64,000 nucleotides of DNA from Sulfolobales archaeon (GTDB taxonomy: Archaea > Thermoproteota > Thermoprotei_A > Sulfolobales > AG1). The stretch is taken from assembly GCA_038867615.1 (NCBI GenBank), contig JAWBYA010000005.1:73750-137749 (forward strand). The letters are read 5' to 3'. Below the pieces are notes generated by a model that was given only the letters and a program-made list of their open reading frames with translations, was not told the origin of the DNA and made no database searches. The translations under genes and the position numbers were made by a program. The stretch's first letter is position 1, and each line of letters starts with the position of its first letter. Shown in pieces: positions 10,145 to 19,290 of this stretch.

Positions 10145-11896
10145 TTGACGATCAAGGAAAGAATGATATATAGCCTTGACCGTGTCTTCGTCTTGCTGTT
10201 TGATAGAATAGGTTTAAGCATCGTGAGGACATTCGAGCTGGATAGAGCTATAATATCTGCAATGATAAGGGCTAACCCACGTGTCTATGGAGCCAGGATT
10301 GTAGGATATACCCTCATAGCACTCCTCATCGGGATCGCTATAGTAGGTGCTGCACTGCTAGTAAGACCAAGCATCGTGTTACTAGTTATAATGGTTTTGG
10401 CCGGAGTGCTTCTACCACTCTTGGTCTTCATACTATTTATAGCCTATCCCGTCATGGCTATGAGTAGAAGAAAGAGGCTTATCGAGTCTGAGTTACCGTT
10501 TTTCGCATCATATATCTCTATCATGGCTAGAGGAGGCGTCCCGATCGCGAAAGCCATGGAGGCATTTAGAAGAACACCTCTTTTCAAGGGAATCAGGCTT
10601 GAGACGCAGGAGTTTTTCAGAAAGCTGGGGCTTTTTGGAGGAGATCCCATAGCCACGTTGGAGGAGATCTCGTACTACCACCCTTCACAGATCTTCAAGG
10701 ATTTCATGCTCGGATACATAGTAACCTACAGGACTGGTGGAGATGTTGTTAGATACCTAGAGACAAGAGTTGAAGAATTCTTTAGAAAGCAGGAGGAAAT
10801 GATAAAACAGATGATCCAGAAGCTAGGTGTCTATATGGAGGCATATATGGTTACAAGTATAATAGGAGGCCTAGGGCTCCTCATACTATTCACATCAGCA
10901 GGATGGATCCAGGGCGGAAGATTCGCCGTCACAAGCTACGACCCCACGGTTCTAATCCTCTTCAACTTCGTTGGACTCCCATTACTCTCTGTAGCAATAA
11001 TCTATGGAGCTCATACAGCCCAGTCGAAATGGGGGTTCGAGCTCAGAGATGTGATCTATCTAGCCCTCTTAGTAGCAACGGTATCGCCCCTACCCTATCT
11101 ACTTGTGATCCTCGCTATAGGGGGTTACCAGGTATTCTCAGGGATCTATACAAAGCAAGCAATCTTGGGACAAGTACTCGGCATCGCCATAGCCCTGCTA
11201 ACAATCTCAACACCAGCATGGCTAGCCTATAGAAGGGCTACCAAGGGGCTCAGGGCTCTCGAAAGATATACCGCACTCTATATCGAGAACGTAAGCGGGT
11301 TGAGGAAAACAGGCCTCGCGCCGGAGAGATGCTTTATAGAGGCATCAAAGGGGGAGTATGGTCCTCTAAACCCGATTGTGAGGAGACTTGCAGCAGCAAT
11401 AGAGATGGGGATCGATATTGAAGAGGCTATTAGGAGGAGCCTCTACGGTGTTAGAAGCTGGCTTATAAGGGTTATATTCAGACTGGCTATAGATGCCGTT
11501 AAAGTTGGGGGAGGAAGCCCGGAGATCTTCTACCTGCTAGCTAGATATGCATCAGCCATTGCTGAGGCTTATGAGAGGCTTAGAACAAACCTCAGGATCT
11601 ACGTGTTCCTACCATATATAGGTGCAATCCTCTTCGCTATAACAAGCACGGTATATATCTCATTAGTAATAGCACAGCCACCCCCAATGATCGGGGGTAG
11701 AGAAATAGATACCGCAACGATCTACAGACTAAGTCTGATGGCAAGCCTAGCATCGATAATGAACGCATGGATGATGGGAATAGTGGCAGGAAAGATCTCT
11801 GGATTATCTGTGGGAGAAGGATTTAAACACGCAACAATACTAACAACCATAACAACAATCGTAATCTGGATCTTTGTACAAATGTTCATACCATAA
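10145..11896 (+). CDS. Pilus membrane platform protein (TadC/FlaJ, two T2SSF domains)
   Basis: IESELPFFASY, TGGDVVRYL and GGGSPE motifs in a polytopic membrane protein directly downstream of the ATPase. Confidence 0.92.
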   Translation: MTIKERMIYSLDRVFVLLFDRIGLSIVRTFELDRAIISAMIRANPRVYGARIVGYTLIALLIGIAIVGAALLVRPSIVLLVIMVLAGVLLPLLVFILFIAYPVMAMSRRKRLIESELPFFASYISIMARGGVPIAKAMEAFRRTPLFKGIRLETQEFFRKLGLFGGDPIATLEEISYYHPSQIFKDFMLGYIVTYRTGGDVVRYLETRVEEFFRKQEEMIKQMIQKLGVYMEAYMVTSIIGGLGLLILFTSAGWIQGGRFAVTSYDPTVLILFNFVGLPLLSVAIIYGAHTAQSKWGFELRDVIYLALLVATVSPLPYLLVILAIGGYQVFSGIYTKQAILGQVLGIAIALLTISTPAWLAYRRATKGLRALERYTALYIENVSGLRKTGLAPERCFIEASKGEYGPLNPIVRRLAAAIEMGIDIEEAIRRSLYGVRSWLIRVIFRLAIDAVKVGGGSPEIFYLLARYASAIAEAYERLRTNLRIYVFLPYIGAILFAITSTVYISLVIAQPPPMIGGREIDTATIYRLSLMASLASIMNAWMMGIVAGKISGLSVGEGFKHATILTTITTIVIWIFVQMFIP

Positions 11897-11979
11897 TAAA
11901 ACCACCATTTATCCCTGAATACTCGTTAATGCCCTTCCACATTCCGCTTGTCCCCACCCTACAATAGATCCGTGGCGGC

Positions 11980-12480
11980 TTAACGGTATAGAAGTTGGTA
12001 AACAAAGTTATCTATCGAGAAAAACCCGGGGCCTATGATGGCTAAGGCTGCACAGGATGCTAGGAGCACCGTATCTAGCTCCCATCCAAACATATAGCCC
12101 TTGGTGGCTTTGAACATGGGTTCGGCGAAACCACGGGGCAGGGATTTGAGTGCTGCGCTAGTTATATATAGGATCGTTGTCGAGAGCATCTCGATCGCTA
12201 GCAATGCCGCAGCGACCCTGGTTAGAAAGCCTATGATAAGTGCTATGCCTCCTAGGAACTCCAACAACCCCACCAGGTCAAAAAGCACCCCGGGTATTCC
12301 TATCTGCCTCATACCATCCCTCATTGGCTTCCTAAAGGGCCCCATAATCTTTGGTGCTCCATGGACTATGAAGAGGATCCCTACAAAAACCCTTATGAGA
12401 AACACACCTATAGATGCTCCAAGCCCGTTCACAAATGGGGAGAACAAGATCTCTAGAACATCCACCACTATTATCACCAT
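11980..12480 (-). CDS. DoxX family membrane protein
   Basis: RVFVGILFIVHGAPK, LEFLGGIALIIGFLTR and GPGFFSID. Confidence 0.9.
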   Translation of the reverse strand: MVIIVVDVLEILFSPFVNGLGASIGVFLIRVFVGILFIVHGAPKIMGPFRKPMRDGMRQIGIPGVLFDLVGLLEFLGGIALIIGFLTRVAAALLAIEMLSTTILYITSAALKSLPRGFAEPMFKATKGYMFGWELDTVLLASCAALAIIGPGFFSIDNFVYQLLYR

Positions 12481-12482
12481 AG

Positions 12483-12498
12483 TTTACTATGTAAATCA
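12483..12498. promoter_or_regulatory. Palindromic operator, copy 1 (TTTAC-TAT-GTAAA-TCA)
   Basis: Inverted repeat 3 nt from the DoxX ATG. An identical 16-mer lies at 12565-12580. Confidence 0.7.
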
Positions 12499-12564
12499 GC
12501 TTATAAATCTCACGTAACAACTCGCTAGATCTTCAAACCTAATAACTGGATCTCTATTTAATAT

Positions 12565-12580
12565 TTTACTATGTAAATCA
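12565..12580. promoter_or_regulatory. Palindromic operator, copy 2
   Basis: Exact repeat TTTACTATGTAAATCA in the divergent DoxX/epimerase promoter region. Confidence 0.7.
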
Positions 12581-12649
12581 AATCTACTATGGACATATAG
12601 GATCCTCGCTATTTTCCTTATGATGTGGTATAGTTGTTAGGGGCTTCCC

Positions 12650-13576
12650 ATGAGGGTTCTTATCTTTGGCGGGCTTGGCTTCATAGGCTCTAACCTTGCT
12701 AAAAGGCTCGCTGAGAAGGGTTACGAGGTTTACATAGCCCATAGGGGGTTTTCGAGTGGGTATAGGGAGAAACTAGCCTCTATAGTTAGCAGGTATGCCT
12801 CTCTCACCATGTATAGTGATCCGAGGGATCCGATCCTGTCTATCAAGCCTAATATTATATATAACCTTGTTGGCAGGTATTTCGGGAGCGAGCGGGAGAT
12901 CATCGATTCTAACTTGGGATTTGCTGAAAGACTCTCTAAGGCTTTGGAGGGTTATAGTGATTATAAGCTGATCCACATATCGGCTGCAACCATAGTAGGG
13001 CCTAAGGGTGACGTGATCTATGAGGAGGAGAAACACCTAGTCGGAATAGAACCGAGAGGGGTTTTCGATGAGAGCAAGGCTGAGGCTGAGAGAATAATAG
13101 CTAGCAGGATAAAGAGCTGGGTTATTGTGAGACCAGTGCTGGTCTATGGAGCCTATAACGCCCACCCAGAGTGGGTAAAGCTCCTCGGGATTGTTAGGAG
13201 GGGGATCGCGCCTCTGATGAGGGCTAGGGTCTCGGCTATAGAGGTTGGAGAGCTCTCAGAAATCCTTGTAAGAGCATTAGAACTTGATAGGGAGTATTTC
13301 TTCGCAACAGAGTGTGAGCCGTATTGGCTAAGTGACTTCGTAGAAGCGATCTCTCAGATCTATGGGGCGAGGTCTATAAAGATCCCCGTACCACTATGGC
13401 TTGCAAGAATAACAGCCCCAAGGGATCTTGGAAAACACTTCCCATACCTAAACAAGGTCTTCTCATGCGATAAGATGGTGAGGCTTACAGGCTATAGGCC
13501 GAGGAGAATGCTTAGAAGAGGCGTTGAAGAGATGGTAAAATGGATCCTAGAGACTGGAGGAGAGAGCATAGCCTGA
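12650..13576 (+). CDS. NAD-dependent epimerase/dehydratase family protein
   Basis: GGLGFIGS Rossmann motif and IVRPVLVYG. The YxxxK position reads FDESK. Confidence 0.88.
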   Translation: MRVLIFGGLGFIGSNLAKRLAEKGYEVYIAHRGFSSGYREKLASIVSRYASLTMYSDPRDPILSIKPNIIYNLVGRYFGSEREIIDSNLGFAERLSKALEGYSDYKLIHISAATIVGPKGDVIYEEEKHLVGIEPRGVFDESKAEAERIIASRIKSWVIVRPVLVYGAYNAHPEWVKLLGIVRRGIAPLMRARVSAIEVGELSEILVRALELDREYFFATECEPYWLSDFVEAISQIYGARSIKIPVPLWLARITAPRDLGKHFPYLNKVFSCDKMVRLTGYRPRRMLRRGVEEMVKWILETGGESIA

Positions 13577-13612
13577 TAATAACCTGTTAGAATTATTATG
13601 GGTGGTTAGAGC

Positions 13613-14599
13613 TTGATCGAGATACATGGGCTAGGACCGGCTGGAGTAGCAGCAGCCCTATTCCTTAGAAAAGAGGTTGTAGTAAGGGATCTTGGTAAGA
13701 GGTATTTAAAAGCATGCGGAGAAGCAGTGCCAATAGACACACCGCTTGTTGAGGATAGATTTGTGCTCAACAAGATCAGGAGGTTTGAGTTCTATCACGA
13801 GGATCGATTTATAGGTGAGGTGAGCTATAGAAAACCCTACTGGTATATCGTTGACAAGAGCTCCTGGATCTCCTCCCTGAGAGAGAGAATACAGATAACT
13901 AGCGAAATCGAGAAGAGTGAAGAACGAATCGTCATAGATGCTAGGGGACCTTATTCAAGCAAGGGCTTGAAAATAACAGTTGCAAGAGTCTATCTAAAGA
14001 GCCCGAGAAAGAGGATAGATCCCGAGGCTGTTTACTTCATATATAGAAAAGGGGCACCGGGCTTCTACTGGGTATTCCCACACGGTGAGGATCTCAACGT
14101 TGGAGGCGGATTCATAGGTGTTAAAAACCCCCTCCCACTAATACATAGCTTCATATCAAGCTGGCTAGGCGGGGGCGAGGTGATCGATGTTAGAGGAGCC
14201 CCACTAACAGTAGATCCAGAGATAGATCTGGGGAGAGAAGGGGTATATAGAGTCGGCGAGGCAGCAGGACTAGTATACCCACTAACAGGAGAGGGTATAA
14301 GACCAGCTATACTATCCTCGCAAGCTCTAGTAGCCTCGCTAGGAACCAGAAAACCCCTCGATAACTATAGAAGAGCAATATCCAGAATAATATCCCAGAT
14401 AGAGTTCCAGAAAAAACTCCTTAGAATAGCTATGAGAAGCATCGAGAGAAATGGATCGATAGCGGAGCTTGCAAACACCAGCATCCTCAAGGACTATATA
14501 GAAGAGAACCTATCGGTGAAAACACTGCTCATAATGATATCAAGAAACCCCCCAAAGGCTGTGAAGACACTGCTTTCGATTTTACTACCAGCCCCATAG
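13613..14599 (+). CDS. Geranylgeranyl reductase-like FAD oxidoreductase
   Basis: GLGPAG, KACGEA, YWVFP and VGEAAGLVYPLTGEGI. Confidence 0.85.
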   Translation: MIEIHGLGPAGVAAALFLRKEVVVRDLGKRYLKACGEAVPIDTPLVEDRFVLNKIRRFEFYHEDRFIGEVSYRKPYWYIVDKSSWISSLRERIQITSEIEKSEERIVIDARGPYSSKGLKITVARVYLKSPRKRIDPEAVYFIYRKGAPGFYWVFPHGEDLNVGGGFIGVKNPLPLIHSFISSWLGGGEVIDVRGAPLTVDPEIDLGREGVYRVGEAAGLVYPLTGEGIRPAILSSQALVASLGTRKPLDNYRRAISRIISQIEFQKKLLRIAMRSIERNGSIAELANTSILKDYIEENLSVKTLLIMISRNPPKAVKTLLSILLPAP

Positions 14600-14790
14600 A
14601 GATCTATTATAGCTACCTCCACTAGCTATAGATAGCATCCCATGGAGTCCTACTTCTATAATAGCCATATCACGACCATCCAGCCTAACCTGATTATGAA
14701 TAGATATAACCCTATAGGATCATACAAACCATCATTGCAAATAAACCAGCTATTTAGGAATCCTAGGAGGATCCCCTCGCCAGAAGATCT

Positions 14791-14820
14791 CGTATTACAA
14801 TATAAATCGCGTATTACAAT
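14791..14820. promoter_or_regulatory. Direct repeats CGTATTACAAT (x2) flanking the vapBC TATA box
   Basis: Repeats at 14791-14801 and 14810-14820 around TATAAA. Likely autorepression site. Confidence 0.6.
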
Positions 14821-14882
14821 TGTATACAGTATTAAGCGCTTATTAACCCGAGATGCAATAATAATATGTCGAGACTGAGATC

Positions 14883-15113
14883 GTGAGTGCAGTCGTATCG
14901 ATCAGAGTACCTCGTGAACTGAAAGAGAAAATGAACGAGCTAAAAAGAATCATTAACTGGAATAATGAGATTAGGAAATGTATAGAAATTAAGGTTAAAG
15001 AGACGGAACAGCCTGAAGCGATTGAGAAGCTCGAGGAGCTGATCAAACAACTCGGGCAAACACGCAAGGGTACAGCCGTAACCTATGTGAGGGATGATCG
15101 TGATAGTAATTGA
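14883..15113 (+). CDS. vapB: VapB-type RHH antitoxin
   Basis: MSAVVSIRVPRELKEKM...INWNNEIR...VRDDRD. Overlaps the PIN gene. Confidence 0.88.
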   Translation: MSAVVSIRVPRELKEKMNELKRIINWNNEIRKCIEIKVKETEQPEAIEKLEELIKQLGQTRKGTAVTYVRDDRDSN

Positions 15114-15513
15114 TGGCTCAGCCCTTGTTAAATACTTGTTATATGAGGATGGGTGGGAAGAGATCTCTAAGTATATTAGGGAGATGAGGCCTCTAGTAAC
15201 GATCGATCACGCGCTTAAAGAGATCGCTAATGGTATTTGGAAGCATAGAAAGCTATATAGCGTGATAAGCAACGACAAGATCATAATGCTATATAGAGGG
15301 TTTCTAGAACTGGTTAGAACCGGTGTGATTATAGTCGAGCCTGAGGATGGATATATAGTAGAGGCCCTTGAGATCGCTTTGAATCACGACATAAGTGTAT
15401 ATGATTCCCTCTACATCTCGTTAGCCTTAAAATACGGCGAACTCCTAACATGCGACGCAAAACAAGCAGATGTGGCTTCAAGGCTTGGAGCAAAGGTATA
15501 CTATATAGCTTAG
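15094..15513 (+). CDS. vapC: VapC PIN-domain toxin
   Basis: VIDGSALVK, KEIANGIWK, SVYDSLYI and LLTCDAKQ PIN acidic residues. Confidence 0.92.
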   Translation: MIVIVIDGSALVKYLLYEDGWEEISKYIREMRPLVTIDHALKEIANGIWKHRKLYSVISNDKIIMLYRGFLELVRTGVIIVEPEDGYIVEALEIALNHDISVYDSLYISLALKYGELLTCDAKQADVASRLGAKVYYIA

Positions 15514-15567
15514 CATCACATGCTTGTAGATCTATTTATTGGTTGTGTTTATGATCTTTCGGAGCAG

Positions 15568-15838
15568 CTGCCGTGGCCAGCTGTTTCTGGTTCCATGGTG
15601 GTTTATAAGGACTGATATCGAGTCTGTAGTTCTGCAATAATGAAACAATAGTATAAGCTCTACTATTTTTATGGGGATGCCGCCCAACAATGAGGATAGA
15701 GATAGAGACCCGAGGGGCGGGTTAAATAAAATCCAAAATGCAGGGGTTCCCCACAGCATTGAGCCGAGGCCGAGGATATGGGAAGAGCTGTTGGTATCAA
15801 GCAAATATCAACCGCAATTAAGCCAGAACTCCGCCATG
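15568..15838 (+). mobile_element. Family-1 non-coding dispersed element, copy 1 (MITE-like)
   Basis: Colinear similarity over about 270 nt with 23410-23680. Contains a K-turn hairpin and imperfect inverted ends TTCTGGTTCCATGGTGGTTTATA / TATCAACCGCAATTAAGCCAGAA. Confidence 0.7.
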
Positions 15839-15998
15839 ACCTATTGATGCAACTAGCATGTCTTGCTTCGCTAGCGGCGTGGAAGTCATATATGGTCTAT
15901 CTTCTATAGAGTTATAGAGTTTAAATAACCGTATAAAAATACATGATATAAAAATGCGGCACTATCTAGCTATATATTTCTGAATATTTAATTATATA

Positions 15999-16685
15999 GT
16001 GGTATGGGAGCCCATGGGCTATAGGAGCTACGTAGTGTATCTTGAGCTGAGCCATACTGGGTGCTGGACCGAGAGTACAGGATCCAAAGACGTGTTTGTT
16101 AAAAACCTGCAACAGGATTTCAGCTATAGTGGTGATGCATATAAAGCTATCTCGGTGTTTGTGGGTGATGATCTCAGAACATTCCTAGGCCCGTTTAAAT
16201 TTCATAGAAATATACTGGGTGTTAAGATCCATAGTCTCTCTAATAACATAGCCTTGGTAGAGTTCACAAGCGCTAGGAACGGTACTGTAGCAGATCTTGT
16301 GAAGAGATACGGCGGGGTAACGATCAGCCTCGAGATAGTTGATGGTGTTGAGAGATGGAGATTCCTACTACCAAGGGCTAGGAAGGAGAGTATAGGGCTT
16401 CTCAGAGATAATGCAGAGACTATGGGCAACCTGCTCAAATTCCATGTAACAGAGCCAGAACCAACATATTTCACAGACCCGTATCCCTTGCTCTCACACT
16501 ATGAGGATAAGGCACTCACCCAGGCGTATCTCTCTGGCTATCTAGACTATCCTAGGAGGGCTAGGGCTAAGAATGTTGCTAAGATTCTGGGTATAAGTCC
16601 TGCAACATTCCTCTACCATATTAGGAGGGCTGAGAAGAAGCTCGTGGCTAGCTATCTTAGGAGGAGATCGATTCTAGTACCCTAG
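15999..16685 (+). CDS. HTH-10 (bacterio-opsin activator-like) transcriptional regulator
   Basis: C-terminal AYLSGYLDYPRR...VAKILGISPATFLYHIRRAEKK. N-terminal HTGCW. Confidence 0.9.
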   Translation: MVWEPMGYRSYVVYLELSHTGCWTESTGSKDVFVKNLQQDFSYSGDAYKAISVFVGDDLRTFLGPFKFHRNILGVKIHSLSNNIALVEFTSARNGTVADLVKRYGGVTISLEIVDGVERWRFLLPRARKESIGLLRDNAETMGNLLKFHVTEPEPTYFTDPYPLLSHYEDKALTQAYLSGYLDYPRRARAKNVAKILGISPATFLYHIRRAEKKLVASYLRRRSILVP

Positions 16686-16691
16686 GACACC

Positions 16692-17696
16692 CTAGGATCT
16701 AGAAGATCCCCCAAGGATCTTTGATAAGTATTCGTCAAGCAGATCCGAGATACTTGTCCTCAGATAGAGAATAAAGACCATGACAACCACACCTATTATC
16801 ACAAGGTTTAGATAGGAAGCAATCCTCGATGTATATTCGTAGAGAGACACCACTATTATTGATGACAATATAGGGCCAAGAACATTACCAGAACCCCCCA
16901 CAAGACCTATTATGAGTGTTAGCAGCGATATCAACGGGTTCAAAGCATTGTTAGGATCTATGTATAGTAGATAGAGAGCCGAGACACCTCCGCAAAGTGC
17001 TTGGAGCGCTGAGGCGAGGATAAAGATCCCTAGAGAGTATCTATAGGGGCTGAGCCCGTGACTAACAGCTAAGATCTTATCGCTCCTCACCACAGACATA
17101 TAGATCCTATGCCTAGTCGCCCTCATATAGGAATACACAAGCACATTAACAATGGATAATGCGGATAGAAGGAGAAGGGATAGCTGATCACTTATAATAA
17201 TAGGCACGATCTTGCCCACATGGCCCGTGAAATTGATCTCGACATATAGTAGCACCTGCCTTAGAGCCTCGAGAATAGCTAGAGTAGCGAAGAAAAAGAA
17301 AAGCCCAGCAAGCCTCAAAGTTACATAACCTATAGTAGCTGCAACAGCAACCGCTACAAGAACCGAGACCACAACCCCGGCTAGAGGTCCGAGGCCATAT
17401 AGCAGTGAGTAGACAAAGATATACGCACCAACACCGTAGAAAGCACCAGTAGCAAACGAGGGGTATCCTAGCGAGAAGAAAAGCACCCATGGTATGGATA
17501 GACATATATATACAAGTATATTCCTCATAGTAGCCATAAAGCCTGCAGGGAGTAGAAGGCCTAGGACTAGCAACACTAACACCACCAAGATCCCGGGTAG
17601 TGATAATCTGAGGATCTGTAATATAGTATCGAGAGCCTCTCTAGATGCACGAACACCCGGCACCTCGCCACTTCTACCCGGTGTAAATCTTACCAT
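16692..17696 (-). CDS. livM: Branched-chain amino acid ABC permease
   Basis: GYPSFATGAFYGVGAY, LRLAGLFFFFATL and VGGSGNVLGP. Confidence 0.88.
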   Translation of the reverse strand: MVRFTPGRSGEVPGVRASREALDTILQILRLSLPGILVVLVLLVLGLLLPAGFMATMRNILVYICLSIPWVLFFSLGYPSFATGAFYGVGAYIFVYSLLYGLGPLAGVVVSVLVAVAVAATIGYVTLRLAGLFFFFATLAILEALRQVLLYVEINFTGHVGKIVPIIISDQLSLLLLSALSIVNVLVYSYMRATRHRIYMSVVRSDKILAVSHGLSPYRYSLGIFILASALQALCGGVSALYLLYIDPNNALNPLISLLTLIIGLVGGSGNVLGPILSSIIVVSLYEYTSRIASYLNLVIIGVVVMVFILYLRTSISDLLDEYLSKILGGSSRS

Positions 17697-17829
17697 AACA
17701 ATCCCTCCTCATAAAACAAAAGGGGCCTTATGCGTAGGGAATCCATCGTCTCTTTCCTCTCTAGATATGTACTCTATATGTTTGATATGATCTGGAAAAA
17801 CAAACAGGATCATGTGGGTTTGCACCTCT

Positions 17830-18540
17830 CTACCCCTTTAACCCAAAATAGTTTCTGATAACATCGACCCCAAGGAGATCCTTTGGTTTGTAAGCAGCAA
17901 GGATCCTTCTATTATGCGCCACATACACAGTATCTACAGAATCCTGGTTTCTGACAAAAGGTACTACGCTCTGTTCAGCTATGATTATAGAGACCCCTCT
18001 GGATCTCAGCTTCTTGAAAAGATCATAGATAATGTCTATAGCCTTTGGAGCAAGCCCTGCTGAGGGCTCATCGATCAAAAGGATCCTGGCCCTTGCTGAG
18101 AGAGCCCTGGCTATCGATAGGATTTTCTGTTCACCACCACTCAGTGTTCCTGCAAGCTGGTTTCTCCTCTGAGCCATTATGGGGAGGAGGGTATAGATCT
18201 CCTCGAGGATCTTTTTCCTCTCGCTTCGAGGAATATTCCCCGCAACCATACCCAGCTTTATATTCTCCTCGACCGTGAGTTCGGGGAATACTAGCCTCTC
18301 GCTCGGTATATAGTGTATCCCTAGCCTAGCCCTCTCACCAGGATCCCTGCTATCAAGGATCTTTGTACCAACATAGACCTTACACATATCTATCGGATAG
18401 GGAGCCGTCCCGAGAGCCACGAACCTTAGGAGAGAGGTTTTTCCAGAGCCGTTCGGCCCTATTATAGCTATAGATCCTCCGGGCTCTAGTACGAGCTCTC
18501 CTATGGCCTCTGTAGTCGGGCATCCAGCGATCCTGAGCAT
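17830..18540 (-). CDS. livF: ABC ATPase, LivF type
   Basis: GPNGSGKT, LSGGEQ and IDEPSAGLAP. Confidence 0.9.
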   Translation of the reverse strand: MLRIAGCPTTEAIGELVLEPGGSIAIIGPNGSGKTSLLRFVALGTAPYPIDMCKVYVGTKILDSRDPGERARLGIHYIPSERLVFPELTVEENIKLGMVAGNIPRSERKKILEEIYTLLPIMAQRRNQLAGTLSGGEQKILSIARALSARARILLIDEPSAGLAPKAIDIIYDLFKKLRSRGVSIIIAEQSVVPFVRNQDSVDTVYVAHNRRILAAYKPKDLLGVDVIRNYFGLKG

Positions 18541-18552
18541 GGCCCCACACCC

Positions 18553-19290
18553 CTACGCTATCGTGTAAGAGCCTAGATAGGCCTCTATAACCCTCTGATC
18601 CCTTATAACCTTCTCAGGCTCCCCATCGGCTATGAGGGATCCGTAGTTAAGAACCACAAGCCTATCAACCTCTCTAACCAGGGATCCTATCGCGTGCTCA
18701 ACCCATATAGCTGTCGCCCCACTGCTATCCAGATAGCTCCTCACAAGTCCTCTGATCTCTCTCTGCTCCTCCTCAGAGAGGCCTGAGAGCAGCTCATCTA
18801 TCAAAAGAACCCTCGGCTTCATAGCCATAGCCCTGGCAAGCTCCATCAACCTAACCTCATACCTATTCAGCTTAGCAGCCATCATATGTGCCTTCCCACC
18901 AAGCCCGACGTCCTTGAGATACTCTATAGCTAGTAGCTCAGCCCTCCACAGATTCTTCTGACGCTTGAGAACACCCAGGGCTACGTTCTCAGCCACAGTG
19001 AGATCCCTTATAACCCTGGGGAACTGGTAGATGCTCGCAACCCCTAGATCAGCCAGCCTCTCTGGATCCATGCCATTGAGCCTCGCACCAGAGATCTCTA
19101 CCCACCCCCTATCAGGCTTTAAAAGACATCTAAGTATGTTGAGCAGCGTAGTCTTGCCAGAACCGTTAGGGCCTATGAGACCTACAACCTCTCCCCGCGA
19201 TACCTCGAGCGAGACGTTATCCAGGGCCTTTATACCGCCGAACCACTTGCTAACCCTATCGATCCTTATCTCCACCACCAACAGGATCAC
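18553..19290 (-). CDS. livG: ABC ATPase, LivG type
   Basis: FGGIKAL, GPNGSGKTT and VIEAYLG C-terminus. Confidence 0.92.
   Translation of the reverse strand: MILLVVEIRIDRVSKWFGGIKALDNVSLEVSRGEVVGLIGPNGSGKTTLLNILRCLLKPDRGWVEISGARLNGMDPERLADLGVASIYQFPRVIRDLTVAENVALGVLKRQKNLWRAELLAIEYLKDVGLGGKAHMMAAKLNRYEVRLMELARAMAMKPRVLLIDELLSGLSEEEQREIRGLVRSYLDSSGATAIWVEHAIGSLVREVDRLVVLNYGSLIADGEPEKVIRDQRVIEAYLGSYTIA

Noticed and set aside
17709-17825. 38 aa ORF filling the livF-livM gap
   Set aside because: Short, with no recognisable motif. It cannot be supported without homologs.
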